From Synergistaceae bacterium (GTDB lineage Bacteria; Synergistota; Synergistia; Synergistales; Aminobacteriaceae), in assembly GCA_031272145.1 (NCBI GenBank), contig JAISUL010000005.1, positions 7,098 through 71,097 of the forward strand: a stretch of 64,000 bases of DNA. The letters are read 5' to 3'. Both the position numbers and the translations under genes were made by a program. Of this stretch, positions 1 to 9,248 are shown piece by piece (within the stretch, counting starts at the first letter, position 1; the number at the start of each line of letters is the position of its first letter). A model generated the notes under the pieces. It saw only the letters and a list, made by a program, of their open reading frames with translations. It was not told where the DNA came from and searched no databases.

Positions 1-565
1 GCCGAAAGGCTATAGACAGGGGCTCGCCGTCGACGTTCAGCTCGACCAGGAACTCGTCCTTCGTCGGGAGGTCCTTCGCGGCGCGCTCAAGAAGCGACAG
101 GACTCCGCCTGTCTTTTCTTGGCCTGGGCCCGCGCCGCCGAACGCCTCCGCCGCAGCCCCGTTGAGGTATATCTTGCCGCGCCTGTGCATGGCCAGCCAG
201 ATGGGGGCAGTCCACCACACGGGGAACGCCGGGGTGCCGGGGTTCAACGCCTCCTTCAGGGTCGAGACCTCCGAGCCGTCGTCGCTCATGACCAGGGCGT
301 AGGTGTGCTCAAGCTCGAAGCTCGGCTCATTCAGCAGGTCGGCAGCGGCTATCGGCTTGAAAAGCCCGTCCGCCGCGAACGCCCTTATCTCGGAGACCTG
401 CCTCTCCGCGCTGCTCCTCTCGATCATCGCGACGAGCTGGTCTTTGGTGAATATCAGCATGTCCGGCGAGAGCATGACGCAGTAGTCGGCCCTCGCTAGG
501 TAGAGGGCGCGGAGCAGCTCGGCCAGAGTCGAGCTCTGGGTCGTGGACTCTGCGTTCGGCGGCAC
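1..565 (-). CDS. hypothetical protein (partial; continues beyond window start)
   Basis: Stop-free frame from GTG at 565 to position 1. The GTG lies 2 nt after the ftsY stop, with an AAGGTG SD about 7 nt upstream. Own translation VPPNAESTTQSSTLAELLRALYLARADYCVMLSPDMLIFTKDQLVAMIERS... has normal composition, unlike the Arg-rich track ORFs 119..499 and 327..575. Absent from the track because it is open-ended. Confidence 0.5.
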   Translation of the reverse strand, partial: MPPNAESTTQSSTLAELLRALYLARADYCVMLSPDMLIFTKDQLVAMIERSSAERQVSEIRAFAADGLFKPIAAADLLNEPSFELEHTYALVMSDDGSEVSTLKEALNPGTPAFPVWWTAPIWLAMHRRGKIYLNGAAAEAFGGAGPGQEKTGGVLSLLERAAKDLPTKDEFLVELNVDGEPLSIAFR

Positions 566-567
566 GG

Positions 568-1485
568 CTATTCACCTTCTTTCATTAGGGCGGCGGCGAA
601 CTCAGCTGGGTCGAACGGGCTGAGGTCGTCGATCCCCTCGCCGAGCCCGACGTATCGTACTGGCACGCCCATGCCGCAGGCTATCGGCAGGACGATCCCC
701 CCCTTGGCCGTGTTGTCGTACTTAGCGAGGATAACGGCGGACAGGGGCAGAGCCTGGCCGAACGTCTCCGCCTGAACCAGGCCGTTCTGCCCCATGACCG
801 CGTCGAGCGTCAGGACGACCCTTAGGCGCTCTGACCCCGCCTCGCGCTCCAGGACTCTGTGGATCTTCCGGAGCTCCTCCATGAGGTTGTGCTTGGCCTG
901 GAGCCTGCCGGCCGTGTCCACTATCAGGACGTCCGCGTGGTCGGCCAGGGCGGAGCGCCACGCGTCGAAGGCCACAGCCGCAGGGTCGCTGCCCTGCTTC
1001 TGCGACACGACTCTGGCGCCGGCCCTCTCGCCCCAGGTTATGAGCTGCTCAGCCGCCGCCGCCCGGAACGTGTCCGCCGCGGCCAGCACGACTCTCTTCC
1101 CGTCACGGGTGAACTGCGCCGCCAGCTTCCCGGCGGAGGTGGTCTTGCCGCTGCCGTTCACCCCGACCATCAGGAGCACGAGGGGCGAGCGCGACGGGTC
1201 TGGCTCGAAGGGCCTGCCCATGCCCGGCACGGACGACAGGCGCGCCGTGATGTTCGCAGCCAGCGACTCCCTCAGGGCGGACTTGATCGTGATGCCGCTC
1301 TTCTTGGCCTCGGCCCTCATGTCCCTCACGATCTCCTCGGAGAGGGAGGCGCCGACGTCGCCAGCGATCAGCGCCTCCTCGAGCTCCTCCCAAAAGGCGT
1401 CGTCGAACGGCTCGCTTCCGAACAGGGACGAGAGCCGATCTCTGACGCCCTTTAATCCGTCCTTAAGCTTTGAGAACAGGCTCAT
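568..1485 (-). CDS. ftsY: signal recognition particle receptor FtsY
   Basis: 305 aa with SRP-type GTPase motifs GVNGSGKTT, DTAGR and AKYDNTAKGG. Confidence 0.92.
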   Translation of the reverse strand: MSLFSKLKDGLKGVRDRLSSLFGSEPFDDAFWEELEEALIAGDVGASLSEEIVRDMRAEAKKSGITIKSALRESLAANITARLSSVPGMGRPFEPDPSRSPLVLLMVGVNGSGKTTSAGKLAAQFTRDGKRVVLAAADTFRAAAAEQLITWGERAGARVVSQKQGSDPAAVAFDAWRSALADHADVLIVDTAGRLQAKHNLMEELRKIHRVLEREAGSERLRVVLTLDAVMGQNGLVQAETFGQALPLSAVILAKYDNTAKGGIVLPIACGMGVPVRYVGLGEGIDDLSPFDPAEFAAALMKEGE

Positions 1486-2930
1486 GGCTTGCCGCCCTGC
1501 GGGGCCTGCTTATTATTGCTCCCGCCGCGCTGGCCCTGGCCGCCGCGCCGTCCCCTGCGCCGCGGCTGCGGTTGCTGTTGCTGCGGTTGTTGTTGTTTTA
1601 CTAACTCTTTTACCGGCTTTACCGGCTTTACCGGCTTCCCCGGCCCCTGCTCTTTCTGCCGAGTCGCGGTCTGCTGCTTAGGCGCCTGAGCCGCGGTACC
1701 GGGCTGCCTCGGCCCGCCGCCGCGCCGCCTGCCGGAGCCGGCGGGCCTGCTCTGCCCACCGGGCATGCTCTGCCCACTGGGTCTGCCCGACCCGTCGGGT
1801 CTGCTTTGCCCGCCGGGCCTGCTCTGTCTACCTGGCCTGCCTGGCCTGGCTGGGCCTGATTTTTCCTCGGCTATCGCGATCCTCGCGGCTATGTGCTCCT
1901 CGACCGTTATCTTCTCGGGCTTGTCGAGCTTTGGTTTTCTCGCCGCCAGGTCGGTTCTGCCCTTGTCGGCGGTGATGGAGCGCGTCCTGGCTATCTGTGC
2001 CAGGAACAGCGGCTTCTCGTAATACGCCTTGGCCTCCCTCCCGTCCTCCTCCCATGGCTCTCCGCGCGAGACCTTGTCTTTGAACTCCTGGTACCTCGAC
2101 ACGGGCAGGAATATAACCCTTCCGTCGGGGCCACGGACTAGGGCGCACTCGGTGGGAAGGTCGACGCCCTCAAAGACGTAGTTCCCCTCCGCCGTCTTGA
2201 GCTTCGACCCTGGCGCAGGGAGGGACTTCCAGAGGGCGGCGTAGGTGTCGTGCTCGTATGACATGCAGCACATCAGCCTTCCGCATATGCCGGATATTTT
2301 GATCGGGTTCAGCACGAGGTTCTGTTCCTTCACCATGCGTATGTTTATCGGGGAGAAGCCGTGCATCCACGCGCCGCAGCAGCACGGCCTGCCGCAGGAG
2401 GCGACGCCGCCCACGGTCTTGGCCTCGTCGCGCACGCCTATCTGCCTCAGCTCTATCCTCACGCGGAACTCCTTGGCCAGGTCGCGCACGTATTCGCGGA
2501 AGTCCACCCTCTGGTCGGCAGTGAAGTAGAAGAACAGCTTCCTGCGGTCAAGCGTGTACTCGACGTCGACCAGCTTCATAGGGAGCGCGTGGGCGCGGAG
2601 GAGCTCGCGGGCGCGCACGAGAACCCGCCCCTCCAATGCGAGGCGGTCGCGGCAGTCTCGCATGACCGCCTCGTCCGCCTCGCTCACGAAGGCCGCCTCC
2701 TGGAGCATCGGCTCGGCGCCCCTCGGAAGGTCGGAGCGCCTGCTGTCAAAGACGCGGTACCTCGCCTCCTGCTCCTTGGACAGGGCGCCGCCGAGGATGC
2801 CGAGCTCCACGCCCCTGACCGTCTTGAGGACGACCCAGCGCCGGGCGGCGGATATCCCTGCCGCCTCGTCGTCCATACGGACGAGGCCCAGGTACCTAGG
2901 CTTACCGAATACCGCCAAATAGACGCTCAA
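1482..2930 (-). CDS. ricT: PSP1 domain protein (YaaT/RicT family) with long low-complexity C-terminal tail
   Basis: 482 aa. PSP1 core with Cys clusters (SCGRPCCCGAWM, GICGRLMCCMSYEH). The C-terminal ~150 aa are Gly/Pro/Arg/Gln-rich. Lies downstream of holB, as in Bacillus. Confidence 0.85.
   Translation of the reverse strand: MSVYLAVFGKPRYLGLVRMDDEAAGISAARRWVVLKTVRGVELGILGGALSKEQEARYRVFDSRRSDLPRGAEPMLQEAAFVSEADEAVMRDCRDRLALEGRVLVRARELLRAHALPMKLVDVEYTLDRRKLFFYFTADQRVDFREYVRDLAKEFRVRIELRQIGVRDEAKTVGGVASCGRPCCCGAWMHGFSPINIRMVKEQNLVLNPIKISGICGRLMCCMSYEHDTYAALWKSLPAPGSKLKTAEGNYVFEGVDLPTECALVRGPDGRVIFLPVSRYQEFKDKVSRGEPWEEDGREAKAYYEKPLFLAQIARTRSITADKGRTDLAARKPKLDKPEKITVEEHIAARIAIAEEKSGPARPGRPGRQSRPGGQSRPDGSGRPSGQSMPGGQSRPAGSGRRRGGGPRQPGTAAQAPKQQTATRQKEQGPGKPVKPVKPVKELVKQQQPQQQQPQPRRRGRRGGQGQRGGSNNKQAPQGGKP
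1611..1637. repeat. perfect 3 x 9-bp tandem repeat (TACCGGCTT) encoding (KPV)3 in the PSP1 tail
   Basis: Read directly from the sequence. In frame. Confidence 0.9.
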
Positions 2931-3717
2931 AAGGAAGCGCCTCCTTGAGTGTCAGTATCAGCAGATCGCAGAGCATCGTCTGCGAGAGTTTTTTTTGCGC
3001 GGCGACCAGCCTCAGCTTCTCGACCCTCGCCGCGGCATTGGCGTCCCCGTTCTTCAGCAGGCCTGACGCCCATGACGACAGAAGCGCGTCAAACTCGTCC
3101 CCCTGCCCCGCGACTATGGCCAGCCACTCCGCCTCTGACCTAGGCATGGCAGCAGCCGGGGCCGCGGCCAGCGGAACGGCGAGCGACGTGAAGCGCGACC
3201 GGCTGCGCAGCGTGGGCAGCAGCCCGTCCCCCTCCAGTATAAAGAGGATGCACGCGTGAGACGGGGGCTCCTCCGCGAGCTTGAGCAGGCTGTTGGCCGC
3301 GCTGGGCAGCAGCTTGTCGGCGCAGAGCAGGACTCCGAGCCTGCGCTTAGCCGCAGCTGGCTTCGCCGGCATCTCCCGTATCAGGGCGCGGCATGCCTCA
3401 ACGTTGGCCGCCTTGTCGAACTCGCCTGCGACGACCATGTCCGGGTGGACGAGCCCGCTCTTTTCCTCGCCCTTTTCCTTGCCCTTTTCCTTGCCCTTTT
3501 CCTTCCCCTCGCCCTTGCGCCACCCCATGCAGCCGCCGCACCTGCCGCAGCCCGTGCCGCTGTCGCAGAGGTACAGACGCGACATATCGGCCAGCACCTC
3601 AGCGTGCGCCTCGGCCGGGGCGGACACTGCCCAGCAGTGCGGCACAGTCCCGTCCGCGAAGGCCTTTTTGACGGACTCCGGCAGGCCGGAGTTCATAACA
3701 GCAACGAAATCAGACAA
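2902..3717 (-). CDS. holB: DNA polymerase III subunit delta-prime
   Basis: 271 aa. Cys-rich zinc module CDSGTGCGRCGGC, HPD motif and NSLLKLAEEPP box. Synteny tmk-yaaR-holB-yaaT. Confidence 0.78.
   Translation of the reverse strand: MSDFVAVMNSGLPESVKKAFADGTVPHCWAVSAPAEAHAEVLADMSRLYLCDSGTGCGRCGGCMGWRKGEGKEKGKEKGKEKGEEKSGLVHPDMVVAGEFDKAANVEACRALIREMPAKPAAAKRRLGVLLCADKLLPSAANSLLKLAEEPPSHACILFILEGDGLLPTLRSRSRFTSLAVPLAAAPAAAMPRSEAEWLAIVAGQGDEFDALLSSWASGLLKNGDANAAARVEKLRLVAAQKKLSQTMLCDLLILTLKEALPFERLFGGIR
3469..3504. repeat. perfect 3 x 12-bp tandem repeat (GCCCTTTTCCTT) encoding (KEKG)3 inside holB
   Basis: Read directly from the sequence. In frame, between the zinc module and the HPD motif. Confidence 0.9.
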
Positions 3718-4145
3718 CCCTTTATCTCTCCCATCAGCCTCAGGGCCTCCGCCCGCCCTCCCTCGCGCTTGAAGACAGCCTCAAGCTCGGTGAGCGTCGC
3801 CTCGGTCTTCTCCACGATGACGAAGGTGCTGCGGTCGGTCTTGCGCCACCTCAGGTCTCTTTGGGTGCGGAAGCCCTTCAGCGCCCGCGCGAGGAGGCTC
3901 TTTATTATGTCACGGTACTCCACCAGCAGGCGCTCGGCTGGAAACACCGAGAGCTTCGCGGCGGTCGCGTCGAGCCTCTCCATCAGGACGTCTATCTCGA
4001 CCTCCTCGACCGCCTGCTCCAGCGACGTGCCGAACGAGCCCGAGACCCCGCCGACCCCGCGGTGCGAGTCCCCGCCCTTGCCCTGGGCAGGAGCGGCGGG
4101 AAAGCCCCCGCTCTTGCCGTCCCCCTTGACCTTTACGACGGACAC
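3693..4145 (-). CDS. YaaR/DUF327-like protein
   Basis: 150 aa. Assigned from its size and its position between tmk and holB. No diagnostic motif checked. Confidence 0.55.
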   Translation of the reverse strand: MSVVKVKGDGKSGGFPAAPAQGKGGDSHRGVGGVSGSFGTSLEQAVEEVEIDVLMERLDATAAKLSVFPAERLLVEYRDIIKSLLARALKGFRTQRDLRWRKTDRSTFVIVEKTEATLTELEAVFKREGGRAEALRLMGEIKGCLISLLL

Positions 4146-4762
4146 AACAGACGCCTCACCGCATGGAGCACGTCATCCGCCACGGCCTCGACCGGGGCGT
4201 CGGCGTTCACCTTGGCGATCCGATCTGGGAAGCTGTGCGCCAGCGCAGCGTAACCCTCGGCCACGCGCCGCATCATGTCCAGGTCAGCCTCCAGCCGGTC
4301 GGGCTTGCCTCGCAGGGCAACGCGCCTCATCGCGGCCTCAACTCCTATGTCGAGCAGTATCGTGGCGTCCGGCACGGGGAAGCAGCACCACGAGAGCAGC
4401 ATCTCCACCTCGCCGCGAGGAATCCCCCTCCCCCAAGACTGGTACGCCAAAGTGGAGTCGGAGTACCTCTCGCACACGACCCACCTCCCGGACTCGAGGG
4501 CAGGAGTTATGTCCTCGTCGACGTGGATGCTCCTGTCCGCGAGAAACAACAGGAGCTCCGAGCGGCTCGACATGGGAGGCCCGGCGCGGTGCAGCAGCGC
4601 GTCCCGAAGCACCTTGGGCTCGAACTCGCGCCTCGCCTCAGCAAAGCCGCTCAAGCGGCGGCAGAGGATGTCGGCCTGAGTGCTCTTGCCGCTGCCGTCT
4701 ATCCCCTCGATCGTGATAAATCTTCCTAGTCCTGGCCCTGCCCCTTGCTCCAGCCCCGTCAT
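4133..4762 (-). CDS. tmk: thymidylate (dTMP) kinase
   Basis: ATG at 4762 overlaps the upstream stop (ATGA). P-loop FITIEGIDGSGKSTQ. The Arg-rich 5' extension of track ORF 4133..5029 is discarded. Confidence 0.9.
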   Translation of the reverse strand: MTGLEQGAGPGLGRFITIEGIDGSGKSTQADILCRRLSGFAEARREFEPKVLRDALLHRAGPPMSSRSELLLFLADRSIHVDEDITPALESGRWVVCERYSDSTLAYQSWGRGIPRGEVEMLLSWCCFPVPDATILLDIGVEAAMRRVALRGKPDRLEADLDMMRRVAEGYAALAHSFPDRIAKVNADAPVEAVADDVLHAVRRLLCPS

Positions 4763-6468
4763 TTCGGCGACCCCAAATTTATGACCCGCTTCATGAAGCC
4801 CTCGACGACGTACTCTGTCTTGGATATTCGCAGGGTGCCCTCTTTTATGCGCCGGCTCTTCGTCTCGCTTAGGAACTCCCGCTCCTCGTCGTCGCGCCTG
4901 CCGTCCTTGGATTTCTTGTCGTCCTTCTTCGAGTCCTTTTTGTAGTTGAGCTCGACCACGAGCTCGTTGTTGGCGTCCGCCGCGCCCATCTCGGCCAGCA
5001 GCCTGTCGAAGCCGTCCACTGCCTTCCATCCCTCGTCTATGGCCGTCTGGGACATGGAGTTCACGCCGCCGCCCCGCACGACGAGCTCGCAGCTCTCTGG
5101 GGCGTCGTCCTCCGCCCTCGGTATGACGACCTCGAAGCGCTTTTTGATCGGCTCCTTACGCCAGGGGCGCAGCACGACCTCCAGCGGCAGCCTGCCGCCC
5201 GGTGCGGCGTCCTCGGAGACTATGACGTTCTCTATGGTCAAAAGCCGAGGCTCGCGCGTGACGGACACGTCGAGCCTGAACCCGATCGGAAACACCTCTT
5301 TGAAGGGCTGGGTGAGAAAGGTATCGATTATTTCTGCTGTCTCTCTGAGAAGCTCGTCGCCTATGGACGTGCCGGAGAAAAACGCGTTGGTGCGCGTCCA
5401 GCCCCCGGGCAGCCCGGCGCCGTCGACGCGCAGCGTGACTACAGCGGAGCCCTCGCCCTTGCGCCCCCACTGGTCGTCTATAAGGCCGCCGTAGACCCCC
5501 TCTATCAGCTTGGCGCTCAAAAACGCGTCTCGGGCCACGCGGAAGTTCTTGACTCGCCGCTCCCCTCTCCCGTCGGCGTCGCGAAACACCAAGGTCGAGG
5601 TCACGGACGGGGCGAAGTAGCCCATGCGCCCGCCGATCCCGTCCGGCCTGTCCTGAGTCGCTGTGCCGACCATTGCGACCGGCGAGGCCAGCTTGAACGG
5701 CGACATGCTGCCGTCCACTATTCCGTGGACGTATGCCCTAGCCACGGGGAAGCCCACGTCGCCCATCTCCATGAAGGGGTGCCCGAAGGCCAGGAAGCGC
5801 CCGTCCTTCGAGACGGCCGTAACGGTTCCCGTTGCGAACATGTTCACGTCCCCCCAGACCAGAAGCGCCGACACAGCCTCGCCTGGGGAGAACGGCGGGC
5901 CGTTCAGAGGAAGGTCGCCAGCGCCCCCCGCCCCCGGCGAGACGTCGGCTATGCCGGACAGCCTCGACGCGGCGGAGGCGCTGAGCCCCTCCACCGTGAG
6001 CGGAGCCGACGCCCCGGCAGTTGTTACAGCCCCTCCGCCGCCCAAGAAGACGCCCGCCATGTCGGCTATGGGGGTGACCAGGGCCATGCTGTTGTCGCTG
6101 AAGACCCACCCCGCTGCGAGCGCGCCTATCAATCTGTCTCCGACGAAGACGGGGGAGCCGCTCATGCCCTGGGCGACGCGCCCGGTCGGGTGCTCCTTCG
6201 ACGGCGACAGGCGAATCAGGATGCGGCGCCTGGCCCCGTTCCCCTCAGGGATCACGCCGGCCACCTCTATCGGCAGGCTAACCGGCTTCGTCCCCTTCAG
6301 AACCGTGAGCATGGAGCCCCTCATACCCTCCTTGACGCCGCTGACCGGCATGACGGGACAGTTCGGCACGAACTGGGCAGCCTCGCCGGGGAGAACCGCT
6401 ATTATTATTAATAGAAGAAGAACTAAAAAACGCTTCACGAAAACAACTCCGTTACACCTGATCGGCAT
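4759..6468 (-). CDS. SpoIVB-type (S55) serine peptidase, secreted or membrane-anchored
   Basis: 569 aa. N-terminal hydrophobic segment FLVLLLLIIIAVLPGEA and serine motif GMSGSPVF. An alternative GTG start at 6438 has a GGAG SD. Confidence 0.7.
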   Translation of the reverse strand: MPIRCNGVVFVKRFLVLLLLIIIAVLPGEAAQFVPNCPVMPVSGVKEGMRGSMLTVLKGTKPVSLPIEVAGVIPEGNGARRRILIRLSPSKEHPTGRVAQGMSGSPVFVGDRLIGALAAGWVFSDNSMALVTPIADMAGVFLGGGGAVTTAGASAPLTVEGLSASAASRLSGIADVSPGAGGAGDLPLNGPPFSPGEAVSALLVWGDVNMFATGTVTAVSKDGRFLAFGHPFMEMGDVGFPVARAYVHGIVDGSMSPFKLASPVAMVGTATQDRPDGIGGRMGYFAPSVTSTLVFRDADGRGERRVKNFRVARDAFLSAKLIEGVYGGLIDDQWGRKGEGSAVVTLRVDGAGLPGGWTRTNAFFSGTSIGDELLRETAEIIDTFLTQPFKEVFPIGFRLDVSVTREPRLLTIENVIVSEDAAPGGRLPLEVVLRPWRKEPIKKRFEVVIPRAEDDAPESCELVVRGGGVNSMSQTAIDEGWKAVDGFDRLLAEMGAADANNELVVELNYKKDSKKDDKKSKDGRRDDEEREFLSETKSRRIKEGTLRISKTEYVVEGFMKRVINLGSPK

Positions 6469-7565
6469 GCCCGTTTTTCCTGAAACGCAGGTAGCTCATT
6501 ATGAACTCGTCTATGTCCCCGTCGAGCACGGACTGAACGCCGCCCCTCTCGGCACCCGTGCGGTGGTCCTTGACCAGAGTGTAAGGATGGAGCACGTAGG
6601 AGCGTATCTGGCTGCCCCATGTGCTCTCCTTCTTGTCGCCGACCACCGAGGCCAGCGCGTCCTCGCGCTCGCGCATCGCCCTCTCGTAGAGCCTGCTTCG
6701 GAGGACGTGCATCGCGACCTGACGGTTCATGTGCTGCGAGCGCTCATTTTGACAGCTTACCACGATCCCCGTCGGGATATGGGTCACGCGAACGGCGGAA
6801 TCGGTTCGGTTGACGTACTGGCCTCCGGCCCCGCTCGCGCGGAACGTGTCCACGCGCAGGTCCTCCGGCTTGATGTCCACCTCGACGTCGTCCGATAGCT
6901 CTGGCGAGGCCCCGACCGAGGCGAAGCTGGTGTGCCGCCTGTGCGCGGCGTCGAACGGGGAGATGCGCACGAGGCGGTGGACGCCCCGCTCGGACTTCAG
7001 GTATCCGTAGGCGTAGTCCCCCTCTACGAGCACGGTCGCGCTCTTTATGCCGGCCTCCTCGTCCGAGGACGCCTCTATCACGGTCGTCTTGAACCCGTCG
7101 CGCTCCGCCCAGCGCAGGTACATCCGCAGGAGCATCTCCGCCCAGTCCTGCGAGTCGAGCCCGCCGGAGCCGGCGTGGACGGTCAGTATCGCGTTCGCCG
7201 AGTCGTAGTCCTCGCTCAGGAGCAAAAGAAGCTTCTGGCGCTCCATGTCGCGCTTGAGCGCGGAGGCACGGGCGTCAAACTCGCTCTGGAGCTCCGCGTC
7301 GCCCTCCTCGCCGAGAAGCTCCTCAAGAGCCTCCAGGTCGTCGGACTCGCGGCATATCCTGTCCCACTCGCCGAGTCTGCCCGTGACGGCGGACATCTCC
7401 CTCAGCGTCTCTTGGCCGCCCTCCCTCGACCAGAAGTCGGGCTTGGCCGTCTCCTCCGCAAGCTCCGCGGCGCGCGCGGACATCCCAGGCAGGTCAAAGG
7501 CTGTCCCGCAGCTCTTGTTTAAGAAAGCGCAGTTCCTCCAACGTGGAAGCGTTCGTCTGAAGCAT
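6452..7565 (-). CDS. prfB: peptide chain release factor 2, requires programmed +1 frameshift
   Basis: Frame 0 runs from ATG 7565 (AAGGAGG SD) through MLQTNASTLEELRFLKQELRDSL to an in-frame TGA at 7496-7494. The +1 frame continues DLPGMSARAAELAEETAKPDFW... into the 343-aa track ORF. That ORF carries the GGQ motif (SGAGGQYVN) and the SPF motif (RISPFD). Confidence 0.92.
7493..7499 (-). promoter_or_regulatory. RF2 +1 frameshift site CTT TGA C
   Basis: The canonical CUU UGA C heptamer is read directly on the minus strand. Confidence 0.85.
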
Positions 7566-7607
7566 GGCGCCCCTCCTTATCTCACGCGGCCATTCTAGCA
7601 GATCGTG

Positions 7608-7636
7608 TTTACAAAAACGCGCGGACACACTACAAT
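7608..7636 (+). promoter_or_regulatory. sigma70-like promoter for the acyl-CoA synthetase gene
   Basis: TTTACA (7608-7613), 17-nt spacer, TACAAT (7631-7636), about 60 nt upstream of ATG 7698. Confidence 0.45.
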
Positions 7637-7697
7637 GTGATGCGGTCGGCTCCGTATGCCAGCCCCGTTTGTTATTCGGAGGAGGAATTTACTCTTT

Positions 7698-9248
7698 ATG
7701 AGCGTGGATTTGCGGTCGGAAGACACAAGGCTCGAAAGCCTCATCGACTCCAAATTGAACGATAGCCCGGACTCGCGCTGCTTTTGGTGGGACGGCAAGT
7801 GGTACTCCAAGGCCGACCTGTCGCGGATGGCCAGTGGATGCGAAGCTACTCTCCGCGCAGCTGGGTTCGGTAGGGGACAGAGGCTGGCGGTGCTCATGCC
7901 GAACTGCCCCATGGTTCTTGCCCTTTCTCTCGCGGCGTGGAGGCTGGGAGGGAGCGTCTCGCCGCTGAACGTCAAGTCCGGCCTGCCATCCCTCACCGGC
8001 ACCCTCGGCCTCATAGAGCCGTTCGCGGTCGTGGCAGCCGACGCGGTTAAGAAGGAGGCAGGGGAGGCACTGCGCGAGCGCGGCTTCACCTGCGTGACCT
8101 GCCCGCCGCTCGGCCCGCTCCCCGAAATGAGCGGGCACCCGTCTCAGTTCGAGACGCCGGACGTCGCCGTGATATTCGCGACCTCCGGCACGACGGGCCT
8201 GCCCAAGGCAGTGCCCCTGACCCACGCCAACCTGGTGGACAACTGCCTGGTGACCCGCGAGGCCATCTACGGCCTAGCCCCTGGCGACGTGTTCCTCAGC
8301 GTGCTGCCAAACTTCCACTCGTTCGGCTTCACCGTCTCGCTGGTGCTGCCCATCACGATGGACGCCAGCATAGCCATTGTGCCGGGCTTCCTTCCTCCGT
8401 CCCTCACGATCAAGGCGATCAAGGAGGCAGGCACCAACGTGATCTTCGGAGTCCCGACGATATTCTCGTACCTGCTGTCGGCGATGGACCGCGGGGACGC
8501 GCCGAAGGACCTCTTCGCCCGGGCCAAGTACCTCATCACCGGCGGCGACCGCCTCGGGGCCAACCTCCACGACACGGCCGTGCGAGTCGCAGGCAGGGAC
8601 ATAATGGAGGGCTACGGCCTAACCGAGACGTCCCCAGTCGTGGCCGTGAACCGGGACTACAGCGAGCACAGGAGGGGAACGGTCGGGCCGTTCGTCAGAG
8701 GCTACGAGTGGCGGCTCTGCCCGGAGGGGAAAGCTCCGTCCGAGTCGGACGAGAAGAACCCCGAGAACGGCGAGGGAGTCCTTTGGCTGCGAGGCCCGTC
8801 GGTCACGGACGGGTACCTGCGCTCGCCCGAGACGACGGCGGAGCGCTTCAAGCCGGCGGGCAGCGGACGCCCGTGGTTCAACACCGGGGACTACGTCAAG
8901 ATGGACAACGGATACGTAAAAATCCTGGACAGGGTGACGGACATCATCATAGTCGGCGGCTTCAACGTCTACCCCCAGGAGGTCGAGCTGGTGCTCCACT
9001 CCCACCCAGCCGTCAAGACTGCCATAGTCGTCGGCATGCCGCACCACGTCAACGGCGAGGTTCCGAAGGCCTTCGTGCAGAAGGCCGAGGGCGCCGCGGT
9101 CACCGAGCTCGAAATAGTCAAGTTCTGCAAGGAGCACCTCTCGCATTTCAAGGTTCCGCGCAAGGTCGAGTTCGTGGACGACTTTCCCCTCTCCGGCACA
9201 GGCAAGATACTCCGCCGCATCCTGAGGGAAAGGGAGAGGCACGTCTAA
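7698..9248 (+). CDS. AMP-dependent synthetase/ligase (long-chain fatty-acid-CoA ligase-like)
   Basis: ATG 7698 follows a GGAGGA SD. AMP-binding motifs TSGTTGLPKAV, GYGLTETS and a C-terminal GKILRR. Confidence 0.85.
   Translation: MSVDLRSEDTRLESLIDSKLNDSPDSRCFWWDGKWYSKADLSRMASGCEATLRAAGFGRGQRLAVLMPNCPMVLALSLAAWRLGGSVSPLNVKSGLPSLTGTLGLIEPFAVVAADAVKKEAGEALRERGFTCVTCPPLGPLPEMSGHPSQFETPDVAVIFATSGTTGLPKAVPLTHANLVDNCLVTREAIYGLAPGDVFLSVLPNFHSFGFTVSLVLPITMDASIAIVPGFLPPSLTIKAIKEAGTNVIFGVPTIFSYLLSAMDRGDAPKDLFARAKYLITGGDRLGANLHDTAVRVAGRDIMEGYGLTETSPVVAVNRDYSEHRRGTVGPFVRGYEWRLCPEGKAPSESDEKNPENGEGVLWLRGPSVTDGYLRSPETTAERFKPAGSGRPWFNTGDYVKMDNGYVKILDRVTDIIIVGGFNVYPQEVELVLHSHPAVKTAIVVGMPHHVNGEVPKAFVQKAEGAAVTELEIVKFCKEHLSHFKVPRKVEFVDDFPLSGTGKILRRILRERERHV

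Noticed and set aside
119-575. Track ORFs 119..499 (+), 303..485 (+) and 327..575 (-)
   Set aside because: They are Arg/Gly/Pro-rich. A third minus-strand frame is open from 565 to the window edge, has a proper start context and gives a protein-like translation.
3256-4716. 486-aa plus-strand ORF
   Set aside because: It is antisense to holB, yaaR-like and tmk. Pro/Arg/Ser-rich junk.
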